Source: Candidatus Atabeyarchaeum deiterrae
GTDB lineage: Archaea > Asgardarchaeota > Atabeyarchaeia > Atabeyarchaeales > Atabeyarchaeaceae
Length of the DNA stretch: 64,000 nt
Assembly (NCBI GenBank): GCA_037310415.1
Contig: CP147780.1
Location: 1,472,001-1,536,000, forward strand
Direction: 5' to 3'
The notes below the pieces were generated by a model. That model worked only from the letters and a program-made list of their open reading frames with translations, made no database searches and had not been told where the DNA came from. Below, one piece after another: positions 39,825-48,851 of this stretch (positions are counted from its first letter, which is position 1; the number at the start of each line of letters is the position of its first letter). Position numbers and translations under genes: made by a program.

Positions 39825-41285
39825 CTATTTTTCAGGCGAGGTATCAGCATATTTCCAGCTTGTTCCTTTGGCTGTGTCCTCAATCACTATACCCATCTTC
39901 CCTAATTGGGCCCTGATGTCATCGGATTTTTTCCAGTTCTTCTTCTTTCTTGCCTCCTCCCTTTCCTCGATCAGTTTCCTAGCTTCGTCAGGCAGTTCTG
40001 TCTCAGTCTTTTCAACTTCAGCGCCAATACTTGACAATCCGAACACAAGTGAAAGTCTTCTCAAGGTCTCAAGTATGAGAGTGAGTGAGCTCTTGTCTGC
40101 TCCAGAAGTCAATGCCTTGTTGCCGAGTTTGACGAGATCTTGGAAGGCGACAACGGCTTCGGGAGTGTTGAAGTCGTTATCCATGGCCTCAATGTATCTT
40201 CGCTCGATCTCAGCTGCACCATGTTCATATGAACTGACATCCTCACCTTGTTTCTCGTTGCTTAGCTCTTCTACTTGCTTCTCTAGTCCTTGAACGACGC
40301 TTGTTACCCTTGTGAGGTTCCTTTTTGCTTGCTCTAGGATCTTCTTCTCGAAATCAATCGGGCTCCTATAATGAGCAGAAAGGATGAACAACCTGAAGGC
40401 ATCGGCGTCGCACTCCTGCAGAAGGTCGCGGATCGTGACGAAGTTACCAAGTGACTTCGACATCTTCTCCCCTCCAGCATTGAGAAAACCAGTATGTAGC
40501 CAGTACTTTACGAAGGGCTTCTTTCCAGTGGCAGCCTCAGACTGTGCAATCTCATTCTCATGATGGGGGAATATTAGATCTTTAGCTCCGCCGTGAATGT
40601 CGAACCTGTCACCAAGGTACTTCGTCGACATCGTTGAGCACTCAATGTGCCACCCTGGGCGTCCCCGACCCCAAGGACTCTCAAAGGACAATTCACCCTT
40701 CTTGGAGTTCTTCCAAAGTGAAAAGTCAACAGGATCCTTCTTCTTCTCATCGATCTCAACTCTGGCTCCAGATAGAACTTCATGAATAGACTGATGAGAT
40801 AGATCACCGTACCCTAGGAACTTCTTGACAGAGAAGTAAACATCACCATTGGCTTGGTAAGCATAGCCCTTCTTGATCAGAGTCTGAATGAATTTGATGA
40901 TCTCAGGAACATGGTCGGTAACACGCGGGTAGATGTCAGCCTTCTCGATCCCAAGTGCATTGAGATCTTTCTCCGCTTCTAGTGCAAATCGAGATGCTAG
41001 CTCAATAGGGCTGATTCCGAGTTCATTGGCCCTAGCAATAATCTTGTCGTCAACATCAGTTATATTCTGGACATGATAAACATCGTATCCTCTATACTTT
41101 AGATAGCGCTTTATCACGTCAAATGCGACGTATGTTCTCGCATGGCCAATATGAGCATAGTCATACACGGTGACCCCACACACATACATTTTCACTTTCT
41201 TTCCTTCGAGTGGCTTGAACTCTTCCAGCTTCTCAGTTAAACTGTTGTAAACTGCAAGCACCATCTCAAATACACACTCCTTCAT
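39825..41285 (-). CDS. cysS: cysteine--tRNA ligase, canonical copy (likely start 41264)
   Basis: CGVTVYD..HIGH, GRPGWHIECS, FPHHENE, KMSKS, HYRSP and anticodon domain R..AR...W..SD.IR. Confidence 0.96.
   Translation of the reverse strand: MKECVFEMVLAVYNSLTEKLEEFKPLEGKKVKMYVCGVTVYDYAHIGHARTYVAFDVIKRYLKYRGYDVYHVQNITDVDDKIIARANELGISPIELASRFALEAEKDLNALGIEKADIYPRVTDHVPEIIKFIQTLIKKGYAYQANGDVYFSVKKFLGYGDLSHQSIHEVLSGARVEIDEKKKDPVDFSLWKNSKKGELSFESPWGRGRPGWHIECSTMSTKYLGDRFDIHGGAKDLIFPHHENEIAQSEAATGKKPFVKYWLHTGFLNAGGEKMSKSLGNFVTIRDLLQECDADAFRLFILSAHYRSPIDFEKKILEQAKRNLTRVTSVVQGLEKQVEELSNEKQGEDVSSYEHGAAEIERRYIEAMDNDFNTPEAVVAFQDLVKLGNKALTSGADKSSLTLILETLRRLSLVFGLSSIGAEVEKTETELPDEARKLIEEREEARKKKNWKKSDDIRAQLGKMGIVIEDTAKGTSWKYADTSPEK
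40489..40559. repeat. 71-bp exact repeat shared with 41983-42053
   Basis: CCAGTATGTAGCC...GCAATCTCATTCTC is identical in both cysS copies. Confidence 0.9.
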
Positions 41286-41297
41286 GTTGCATTTGTA

Positions 41298-42758
41298 CTA
41301 GGTAGGCTTCCTCTTCCACCTTGTTCCTTCTGAACTGTCTTCAAGTACATATCCTATCTTTTCCAGTTTCTCTCTTATCTCATCAGCTTCTTCCCAACGC
41401 CTGCGTCTTCTTGCCTCTTCTCGTCTCTTGATTAAAGTCGCGACATCCTCAGGTAGATCTTCTTGACTTGTGGTTTGCGCCTTACTTATGCTGGATAATC
41501 CAAAGACTGCAGCTAATTCCTTGATTGTTCTTAGAATAAGTTCTAAACCACTTGGACTTGCGTTGCTGCCGAGTGTCTTGTTGGCGAATTTCAGGAGATC
41601 CCTGAATACGACCAACGCCTGGGGACTATTAAAGTCGTTATCCATGGTGTCAACAAATCTATCCTCGATTCTGGTAAGTTCGGCTCTGACTGTTTCAATC
41701 TCCCGGGTTTCCTGATTATGTTGGGCACTAGTAGATACATCTCGGTTCTTTCTCGAAGTTTCGCTGACACTTGTTTCCAATTGCTCTACCGTATTCTTTA
41801 TCCCAGCCAACATGCTTGAAGCATTGTCTAGTGCACGCTCGCTGAACTCGATTGGGGTGCTGTAGCGAGTTGAGATAATGTAAAGCCTGAATGCATCAGG
41901 GTGCCACTTCTTTATGAGATCTCTCACTCTAATGAAGTTGCCCAGTGACTTGGACATCTTTTCTCCATTGATGTTGAGCAACCCAGTATGTAGCCAGTAC
42001 TTTACGAAGGGCTTCTTTCCAGTGGCAGCCTCAGACTGTGCAATCTCATTCTCGTGGTGCGGAAAGATCAGATCCGTGCCACCCCCATGTATCTCTATCT
42101 GCTCACCGATGTACTTCATTGCTAGGGTGGAGCATTCGATGTGCCAACCTGGGCGGCCTCTTCCCCAAGGACTATCAAAGGACAACTCTCCAGGTTTTGC
42201 TGTTTTCCACAGGGCGAAATCCACTGGGTTTCTCTTTCTGTGATCTACTTCAACGCGGGCCCCTGACATGACCTCGGCAGGAGACTGGCGGGATAGAACT
42301 CCATAGTCTTTGAATTTCTCAACGGAGAAGTAAATGTCTCCGTCAGCCTGATAAGCGTATCCTCTTTTCATCAACCTGCCTATCAATTCGATGATATCTG
42401 GTATGTGCTCAGTAACACGAGGGTATGCATCTGCTCTTTCGATTCCAAGTGCATCTAGATCTTTCAGGGATTCTGCTGTGAACTCTGATGCAAGTTCCAG
42501 CGGATCGACACCAAGCGTCCGCGCTTTTGAGATAATCTTATCTTCGACATCGGTGGTATTCTGAATGTAAGTGACATCGTAGCCTCTGAAAATCAAATAG
42601 CGCCTAATCAAGTCGAAAGCAACGTAAGTTCTTGCATGACCTAGATGTACGTAGTCTTGAACCGTCATACCACATACATACATTCCCACCTTTCCTTCAT
42701 TGAAGGGCTTGAACGTCTCCAACTTTCGGGTCAGTCTATTTAGAACCTTCAGAGCCAA
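41298..42758 (-). CDS. cysS: cysteine--tRNA ligase, second diverged paralog
   Basis: CGMTVQD..HLGH, GRPGWHIECS, FPHHENE, KMSKS and intact anticodon domain; HYRSP is replaced by RYSTP. Confidence 0.9.
   Translation of the reverse strand: MALKVLNRLTRKLETFKPFNEGKVGMYVCGMTVQDYVHLGHARTYVAFDLIRRYLIFRGYDVTYIQNTTDVEDKIISKARTLGVDPLELASEFTAESLKDLDALGIERADAYPRVTEHIPDIIELIGRLMKRGYAYQADGDIYFSVEKFKDYGVLSRQSPAEVMSGARVEVDHRKRNPVDFALWKTAKPGELSFDSPWGRGRPGWHIECSTLAMKYIGEQIEIHGGGTDLIFPHHENEIAQSEAATGKKPFVKYWLHTGLLNINGEKMSKSLGNFIRVRDLIKKWHPDAFRLYIISTRYSTPIEFSERALDNASSMLAGIKNTVEQLETSVSETSRKNRDVSTSAQHNQETREIETVRAELTRIEDRFVDTMDNDFNSPQALVVFRDLLKFANKTLGSNASPSGLELILRTIKELAAVFGLSSISKAQTTSQEDLPEDVATLIKRREEARRRRRWEEADEIREKLEKIGYVLEDSSEGTRWKRKPT
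41983..42053. repeat. 71-bp exact repeat shared with 40489-40559
   Basis: Second copy of the identical tract. Confidence 0.9.
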
Positions 42759-42975
42759 ATTAGTTCCACTTCTCCTTCATCTCCAGTCTAACACCTCAGC
42801 CACGTATGGGTCGAAAAGAGATAATGAGTCTAGCGAAATCCCTCTCAACCAAGTTGGCTAGAGCCAGTTGCGTGGTGCACTCTGCCAAACGCATCAGGCA
42901 CAACAGTTATACCGACACGAGGCTTTTTGAGTTGACAATTACGACCAACTCAGAGAGAGATTGCACATTTACATA

Positions 42976-43102
42976 TGGAGGGGAGTAGGGGAATCGAACC
43001 CCTGTCGCGGACTATCCACGGTGTGGGTACTGCAGGCCTTAGAGTGAGCTTGGCTAGGTCGGCCAGAAGCTCATCGCCCCTAAGCCACTCGGACAACTCC
43101 CC
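42976..43102 (-). tRNA. tRNA-Cys(GCA) with two introns (43074-43039 at position 28/29; 43029-43014 at 37/38), CCA encoded
   Basis: Acceptor GGGGAGT/ACTCCCC, discriminator U73, T-arm AGGGG-TTCGATT-CCCCT. Removing both introns gives anticodon arm CGGGC-CTGCAGA-GTCCG and a 75-nt cloverleaf. Confidence 0.9.
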
Positions 43103-43149
43103 AACATTGCTGATGTACCTCTCCCACGATAGTGAGGTTTATGATTAGT

Positions 43150-43169
43150 ATTTTAAACTTGTGGATTTC
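43150..43169 (-). promoter_or_regulatory. probable TATA/BRE of the tRNA-Cys gene
   Basis: Minus strand GAAATCCACAAG-TTTAAAAT, about 50 nt upstream of G1. Confidence 0.5.
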
Positions 43170-43313
43170 GGTTCTGTCAAGTCTTCGATTGATGCCTAGT
43201 TTTCCTCTCCCTGTAAAGTTTCGGTTGATATCCTTGTTAATTTGGCCTAGGATGAGAAATAGCATTAACCGTCGTAGGATGCTATCAAAAATCGGTCTCA
43301 CGGGACTAGATTC

Positions 43314-43883
43314 TCAGAGTGTGTTGTCACATTTTGCGCAGAGGTGTCTTTTTGAAGAGATAATAGTTGCCGCCTCTTTACCACATCTCTCACAAATATA
43401 GGGGACTATTCCAAACTCGTCTTTGCCGTTTGGTTCTCTTAACCCCTTTTTGACTTCGTAAAGATACTTATTGAACCTTACAAAATCTCTTTCAGGCCTG
43501 AAACTTCCCCATTCTCTTAGTTTTCTGCTTTCTTCATCCTCCCTTATGAAGACCATATCAAACAGAGCATCTTTTCCCTCGTTCTCATTGCTAACCCCGT
43601 ACGCTATCACTGTATATTCTTCTCCGTTAACTCTGAATGAAACCTCATCCCAAAGTGGGTATCCACCGTTGATATCAAGAGATCCTCTCTGTTCATGCTC
43701 TATCAGTTTTTCTGCGCTCACTCTATCCATTGTATTCTCAAAACTGTTGTTTTCAAGAAGATACTGTGCTTCAAACCAGAAAGCAATATTATCATATGGG
43801 CCTTCCCACAATCTGTCTTCCTTAGGAATCTCAGTTACTATTCTTCTAAACCTTTGCAATTTCTCTGCATATTCTTTGTCCAT
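43314..43883 (-). CDS. hypothetical transposon cargo protein with C-terminal zinc ribbon
   Basis: 189 aa; CERC...CAKC; GGAG RBS. Confidence 0.7.
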   Translation of the reverse strand: MDKEYAEKLQRFRRIVTEIPKEDRLWEGPYDNIAFWFEAQYLLENNSFENTMDRVSAEKLIEHEQRGSLDINGGYPLWDEVSFRVNGEEYTVIAYGVSNENEGKDALFDMVFIREDEESRKLREWGSFRPERDFVRFNKYLYEVKKGLREPNGKDEFGIVPYICERCGKEAATIISSKRHLCAKCDNTL

Positions 43884-43911
43884 CTTGCAGTGTCGCTCTC
43901 CTAACTAACCC

Positions 43912-44667
43912 TTACAACATTAATAGGCCTCCATTCTTTTTCAGCATGAACATTCTGCCTTCTTCCATCGATCCATTATGCCTAATACTGAATGGCCTAG
44001 GAATACCGATGTCCGTCCAGTATCTCGGTTTGGTCATGATTTCTTCAGCGGCGAGTATTCCACTAGCACCTATCTCTGACCAACCTTTTTTCTCAGTAAT
44101 AATCCATTCCGTAGAAAGTGTTGATCTGATCTTCAAAAGCTCACGCTCTGACATAGTAAAGCCATGGCTAAGAAGTTGTCCTTTAATGATCCTATAAGGG
44201 TTGACTATATCGGGTATCCCAGACATCTGCCGCTTTCTATGTACCATATTACTGTAAGCATTCTGCCTATAGAAAATCTGAGCACTACCGTCCAACTCTT
44301 TCAGTGATGCTAGACTGCCCTTGATTGGTTCCGTAACTCCACGGGTCTTAATCACCACATCTGGCACTTCACCAGAAACCCCAAGAATGTCCTCAAGAAT
44401 TTCCTTTTGTGTCACTGGTGCTACATCATCAGGCTCTGGGTTCCCCATCTGATAGCAATACTTATCGACATCGTATGGATGCTTCACTATTTCGCCAAAT
44501 GTCGTCCTCTTCTCGCTAATTCTCCTAGTATTGACTTGAGATACTTCTGCCCCACACCAGAAAAGCTCTGTCTTCTTTTCACCGACGTCACACTGCTTCC
44601 TTAACAAGGGTAGAAAATCCATTCGCCTTATCCATGAATCTGGATATGGTTTAATTTCTACACTCAT
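43912..44667 (-). CDS. hypothetical transposon cargo protein
   Basis: 251-aa ORF with GGAGG RBS; no recognisable motif. Confidence 0.7.
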   Translation of the reverse strand: MSVEIKPYPDSWIRRMDFLPLLRKQCDVGEKKTELFWCGAEVSQVNTRRISEKRTTFGEIVKHPYDVDKYCYQMGNPEPDDVAPVTQKEILEDILGVSGEVPDVVIKTRGVTEPIKGSLASLKELDGSAQIFYRQNAYSNMVHRKRQMSGIPDIVNPYRIIKGQLLSHGFTMSERELLKIRSTLSTEWIITEKKGWSEIGASGILAAEEIMTKPRYWTDIGIPRPFSIRHNGSMEEGRMFMLKKNGGLLML

Positions 44668-44718
44668 TTCTTCCCCCTCCGTACTGAACTCTTCCTTCTA
44701 TTCCTTCAGATGGTTTGT

Positions 44719-46059
44719 TTATTTCTTCATCTTCTCAGAGAGTCCTTTCTCAGCGGTTCTTAACTTAGCTAGTTGTTCCACACGCATCTTTTCGTATGCC
44801 TTCTCTGCCTGTGTTATCCTGACATTGTGGCATAGCCAGCCTAGATGGTTCGGCTCACCGCAGACTGGACAAAATAACGCTTTATCGTCTACATGATCCA
44901 GAGCCTTCTGTGCCTCAATAGTTCTGGACCAAGCTTGGTACTCTGGAAGCATCTTCTTTGCGAGGAGTTCTATTTGACTCTCCCTAGATGCATCCACTAT
45001 AGCTTTGACTCTCTCTGGTGAGTAAATCTCTCTTGCTTCCTCAACACTGGTCTTAATCTCGTCTACACGCTTCAGTTGTTCATCCTTAGATTGCTTGGTT
45101 GCATCCAACTCATTCAGGACTCTCTCATGGAACTCCCTTGGAAGTTCTGAAACAACCTTCCCAACAACCTCTGGCTCCATACCACTCTTCGGGTTGATGG
45201 TGGCTTCAATGACTCTGCGTGGCGCACCAGACTTCTCAGCTTCCTTTATGATCTTTGGAATCGCCTGAATGCTATCTGCTTCTAGCCCTGACGCACGTTT
45301 GACAAGCCTTTCCTTATCCTTCGTTGGCAAACTCTGAATCTCTGGAGTCTTCGAGATCTTCACAAGTGTTTCTATTTGTTCTCCCTTTTTTATCTCACCA
45401 GAACCAAGAGCTTTGAATGCCTCTTTCCTCATAGTCTCATCCACAATCCGATCTGCGTCTCTTATGGAGGTAACTCCTACTATGCCATCCTCCACAAGTT
45501 TCCATTGTTCAGGATGCCCCAAAAGTTTGATGTAGATGTTGATTGTCGTTCGCGGCACTCCAATATCGTTTGAAAGCTCGGATTGACCCTGTGGCTTAGT
45601 TCCACCCTCTCCACCTTTTTTCGCATCTGCTAAGCTTAGCAGATGCTCCCGATCCTTCTCATACATCTTCTTGACTTCTGCGATGGTGTGGAACTTACCA
45701 CTGTTGATATTCACGACACCCGTTGCATACGCCCACATGCGGTCTAACTCGTTCAGACTTTTCCTTAACGCATCATCTGCGAGCTGACGCTCAAACCATT
45801 GTTGATCAGACAACCCAACTTTCTTTCGTACTGGGACTTTGACACCAACTTTTATCGCCGCTAAAACTCGATTGTGGCCTCTACGAATCATATTATGCTC
45901 ATCAACCTCTATCGGCTCTATTACTCCTTGATGCTTGTAGTTCTCTGAGAGACTAGCTATGAAGTCTTGGTCAAAGACTGTTCTTGGGTTGTTTGGATCA
46001 GACTTCAGAGATTTCGGATCGGTATAGTTTATTTCAATTCTCGATTCGGGTTCAGCCAT
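44719..46059 (-). CDS. ParB/Srx N-terminal domain protein with HTH and C-terminal Zn site
   Basis: PNNPRTVFD...GVIEPIEV..RRGHNRVLAA (ParB box-like), HTH QSELSNDIGVPRTTIN and CPVC...CH. Confidence 0.8.
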   Translation of the reverse strand: MAEPESRIEINYTDPKSLKSDPNNPRTVFDQDFIASLSENYKHQGVIEPIEVDEHNMIRRGHNRVLAAIKVGVKVPVRKKVGLSDQQWFERQLADDALRKSLNELDRMWAYATGVVNINSGKFHTIAEVKKMYEKDREHLLSLADAKKGGEGGTKPQGQSELSNDIGVPRTTINIYIKLLGHPEQWKLVEDGIVGVTSIRDADRIVDETMRKEAFKALGSGEIKKGEQIETLVKISKTPEIQSLPTKDKERLVKRASGLEADSIQAIPKIIKEAEKSGAPRRVIEATINPKSGMEPEVVGKVVSELPREFHERVLNELDATKQSKDEQLKRVDEIKTSVEEAREIYSPERVKAIVDASRESQIELLAKKMLPEYQAWSRTIEAQKALDHVDDKALFCPVCGEPNHLGWLCHNVRITQAEKAYEKMRVEQLAKLRTAEKGLSEKMKK

Positions 46060-46207
46060 TTCCTAATTCACCTTTTGAGCATTTTTTTACCATTTCAATG
46101 AGCTTCTTGATTATAATATCGTAGGTGTCACCTTTTTTACCCATGTCTGCGAGGATTTCGCGTGTCTCCTTTGAAATTTGAATGGTGGTTATGTCTTCTC
46201 TATTCAT
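46052..46207 (-). CDS. small RHH-like DNA-binding protein (51 aa), not in the ORF track
   Basis: MNREDITTIQISKETREILADMGKKGDTYDIIIKKLIEMVKKCSKGELGNG; its stop overlaps the ParB-like start (ATGGCTGA). Confidence 0.75.
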   Translation of the reverse strand: MNREDITTIQISKETREILADMGKKGDTYDIIIKKLIEMVKKCSKGELGNG

Positions 46208-46213
46208 TTATAT

Positions 46214-46303
46214 CGCCTGTAGATTCTATAGGCGTTATTTCCATTTAAGTTTTTCCGTAGTCCCCATAACACTTATATGCCATAGTGGCTATAGTTACTA
46301 TGG
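46214..46303. promoter_or_regulatory. divergent promoter with two palindromic candidate operators
   Basis: CGCCTGTAGA-T-TCTATAGGCG (46214-46234) and CCATAGT-GGCTATAGTT-ACTATGG (46280-46303) flank TATA-like elements. Confidence 0.55.
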
Positions 46304-47469
46304 TGATGAAGATGTTGACTCTGCAAGAGCTTGAGAAAGTCCGTGAAGAAAGAGGCTTAGAAATCGCGAAGGCAAAGGAAACCCAAGTAACTCGAATTGA
46401 TGATGCCAGTTACAAGGTTCTCTCCCAGAGTGGCAACGGAGCTTACCTCGTCTCTCTTACTGAGGATGGATGGGTGTGCGAGTGCCCAGACTACGGGTTC
46501 AGAGGGGTTAAATGTAAGCACATCTGGGCTGTGGAGATCAGCATCACCCTCAAGGAACAAGTTAGGAAGAATGTTGTCCTTGAGGAGGTTACGGTTTCAA
46601 AGTGCCTCTTCTGCCACTCCGAGAACATAAAGAAGTTTGGAGTCAGACGAAACAAGAGCGGCGGTATTCAGCGTTTCCTCTGTGGTGCATGTGGAAGGAC
46701 TTTCAGCGTGAACATAGGCTTCGAGAAGATGAAGCATAATCCTCAAGCCGTCACGTCAGCTATGCAACTATACTTTAGCGGTGAATCTCTGCGTAACACT
46801 ATGAGGTCTCTGAGGTTGCTGGGTGTCGGCGTTTCACATCAGACGGTTTACAACTGGATTAGCAAGTACGTGAAGCTGATGAAGGAATACGTTGAGAAAC
46901 TAACTCCTAATGTGGGCGATACATGGAGAGCCGATGAGCTATACGTGAAAATCAAAGGTGACATGAAGTACCTGTTTGCCTTAATGGATGATGAGACACG
47001 GTTTTGGATTGCTCAAGAGATAGCCGACACCAAGTATAGACACGATGCGGGAAACCTCTTCCGAAAGGGAAAGGAACTCACGGGGAAGAAGCCTCTAACC
47101 CTGATAACGGATGGTCTCTCAGCTTATCACCTTGCGTACAAGAAGGAGTTTTACACGAACTCCAAACCGAGAACGGAGCACATCCAACACATCACTATTA
47201 GAGGAGACCATAACAATAACAAGATGGAGAGGTTCAACGGAGAAATCAGAGGCAGAGAAAAAGTCATAAGAGGACTAAAGAAAAGCAACACGCCAATCCT
47301 TAAAGGCTACCAAGTATTTCACAACTTCATAAAACCACACGAAGGATTAGACGGCAAGACCCCTGCGGAAGCCTGCGGGATTGAGGTCAAGGGGGACAAT
47401 AAGTGGATAACTCTGATCAAAAACGCAACCCAGATGACGAAAGTTGACAGGAAGACGGAGAACACCTAG
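46285..47469 (+). CDS. IS6-family DDE transposase with N-terminal SWIM zinc finger and zinc ribbon (likely start 46312)
   Basis: SWIM CECPD...CKH, CLFC...CGAC, HTH VSHQTVYNW and DDE motifs WRADELYVK / ITDG / NNKMERFN. Confidence 0.9.
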   Translation: MAIVTMVMKMLTLQELEKVREERGLEIAKAKETQVTRIDDASYKVLSQSGNGAYLVSLTEDGWVCECPDYGFRGVKCKHIWAVEISITLKEQVRKNVVLEEVTVSKCLFCHSENIKKFGVRRNKSGGIQRFLCGACGRTFSVNIGFEKMKHNPQAVTSAMQLYFSGESLRNTMRSLRLLGVGVSHQTVYNWISKYVKLMKEYVEKLTPNVGDTWRADELYVKIKGDMKYLFALMDDETRFWIAQEIADTKYRHDAGNLFRKGKELTGKKPLTLITDGLSAYHLAYKKEFYTNSKPRTEHIQHITIRGDHNNNKMERFNGEIRGREKVIRGLKKSNTPILKGYQVFHNFIKPHEGLDGKTPAEACGIEVKGDNKWITLIKNATQMTKVDRKTENT

Positions 47470-47473
47470 ATGG

Positions 47474-47491
47474 CGAATACTTGACAGAACC
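47474..47491 (-). repeat. internal copy of the transposon right inverted repeat
   Basis: CGAATACTTGACAGAACC; its reverse complement matches the left end at 17/18 positions. Confidence 0.85.
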
Positions 47492-47770
47492 AATTCTAGC
47501 CCCTTTGAAGTAAGCTCAGCTTTTTGGACAATAAGAACAACGCAACCAACCCCAGAAGGCGCATGGTAAGCATGTAAAGACTTAAATACCCTGAGCTGCC
47601 TAAAAATCAAACATATAGGAAGATACATGCGCGTTTACTTCATTTTAGGCGGGAAGGGAGTAGTTGAACTTGGCTGGAGCGCGTGTGCTAAATTGTAAAG
47701 CAACGCATATCCACCTCGGATGGGGATTATTCTGAAACTAACCAGAATCAAGATACTAAGTTGATGAATT

Positions 47771-48412
47771 ATGACTAGAACGCTTAAAGAAAAGGCTATA
47801 GACTATTTTCTTACCCTTTATTTGGTTGATGATGCGTTCTCTCGCTTGAAAATAGGTTTTCTACCTGACACGAAATTGCAGAAATTAGTTTTCCTATCAG
47901 AAAAGTCGATGATTCATGAACGCGAGAAAGGATTCAATTTCAATTTTATCAAGCTCACGCATGGCCCATTCAGTCAAGAGCTTAAGACTAGTTATGACAA
48001 TCTATCTCAAATAGGAATCCTAGGCGAGTTTGGATTAACACCAACAACTAATTCCAAAATAATTTTAGAGGATTTTCAAGAGATAATCAAAAGAAATACG
48101 ACATTCTTTCAGAAAATCACAACCGTGAACAACGATTTTGCTAGAATGCCACTAGAAGAACTTCTCAAGATAATATACGCAATGCCATGGGGTGGAAAAG
48201 ACCAGACCATTGCAGATCTACAACCACGGACACCCATGCTTTACCCATTGAAACCGAACAATGTCAAAATCGAATTTGAATTGACAAATGACGATGTTGA
48301 AAACTTGCTCATGAATTTTGACGTCAAAACAGTCAAAATGTCACTCCAAGCGATGAAAGAAATGAGAGCTGGGGGTTTGCTTACTCATGAGCAGGTCTTC
48401 TCCAATCTATAA
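47771..48412 (+). CDS. Panacea/SocA (DUF4065)-like antitoxin
   Basis: TKLQKLVFL...FIKLTHGPFS motif; C-terminal tail AMKEMRAGGLLTHEQVF resembles type II antitoxins; overlaps the downstream toxin-like gene. Confidence 0.7.
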   Translation: MTRTLKEKAIDYFLTLYLVDDAFSRLKIGFLPDTKLQKLVFLSEKSMIHEREKGFNFNFIKLTHGPFSQELKTSYDNLSQIGILGEFGLTPTTNSKIILEDFQEIIKRNTTFFQKITTVNNDFARMPLEELLKIIYAMPWGGKDQTIADLQPRTPMLYPLKPNNVKIEFELTNDDVENLLMNFDVKTVKMSLQAMKEMRAGGLLTHEQVFSNL

Positions 48413-48719
48413 GGATGTGTATACACCTCTTTTTGTTAGCCAGCTTGAGAAACTTGAGAAGAAAGCTAGGGTACGCGCGGAACATATAAGAGACGAGACA
48501 CAAGCCATTCTCGTTGACCCCTATAGGAACATAAAGTTTGGCAAAGCCATATACCGCGGAAAAAGAGAATGGAAAGTTGACGGCGATAGAATACTCTTTG
48601 TTGTATGTAAGCAATGCAGGAAATTGGGCCATCAGAAGTACAATTTATGTGGCGACTGTGAAAGTACTGCTGATGAGACTGTTGTGTTCGCATCTATTGT
48701 AGAAAGCCACAATTACTAA
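48387..48719 (+). CDS. RelE/ParE-like toxin with Cys4 insertion
   Basis: YTPLFVSQLEKL...ILVDPY...REWKVDGDRILFVV...VVFASI..H.Y; CKQC...CGDC inserted. Confidence 0.65.
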   Translation: MSRSSPIYKDVYTPLFVSQLEKLEKKARVRAEHIRDETQAILVDPYRNIKFGKAIYRGKREWKVDGDRILFVVCKQCRKLGHQKYNLCGDCESTADETVVFASIVESHNY

Positions 48720-48851
48720 GCTTGAACCTGTTTTAGGGTCTTCACGTAGGCGCGCTTAACCATATCGTCAATCGTTTTTCACCGCATTTTGCATCAACCG
48801 AAGGGTAACACCCTCACACATCACTCAGATCAACCGCAGAGGTAAATCACC

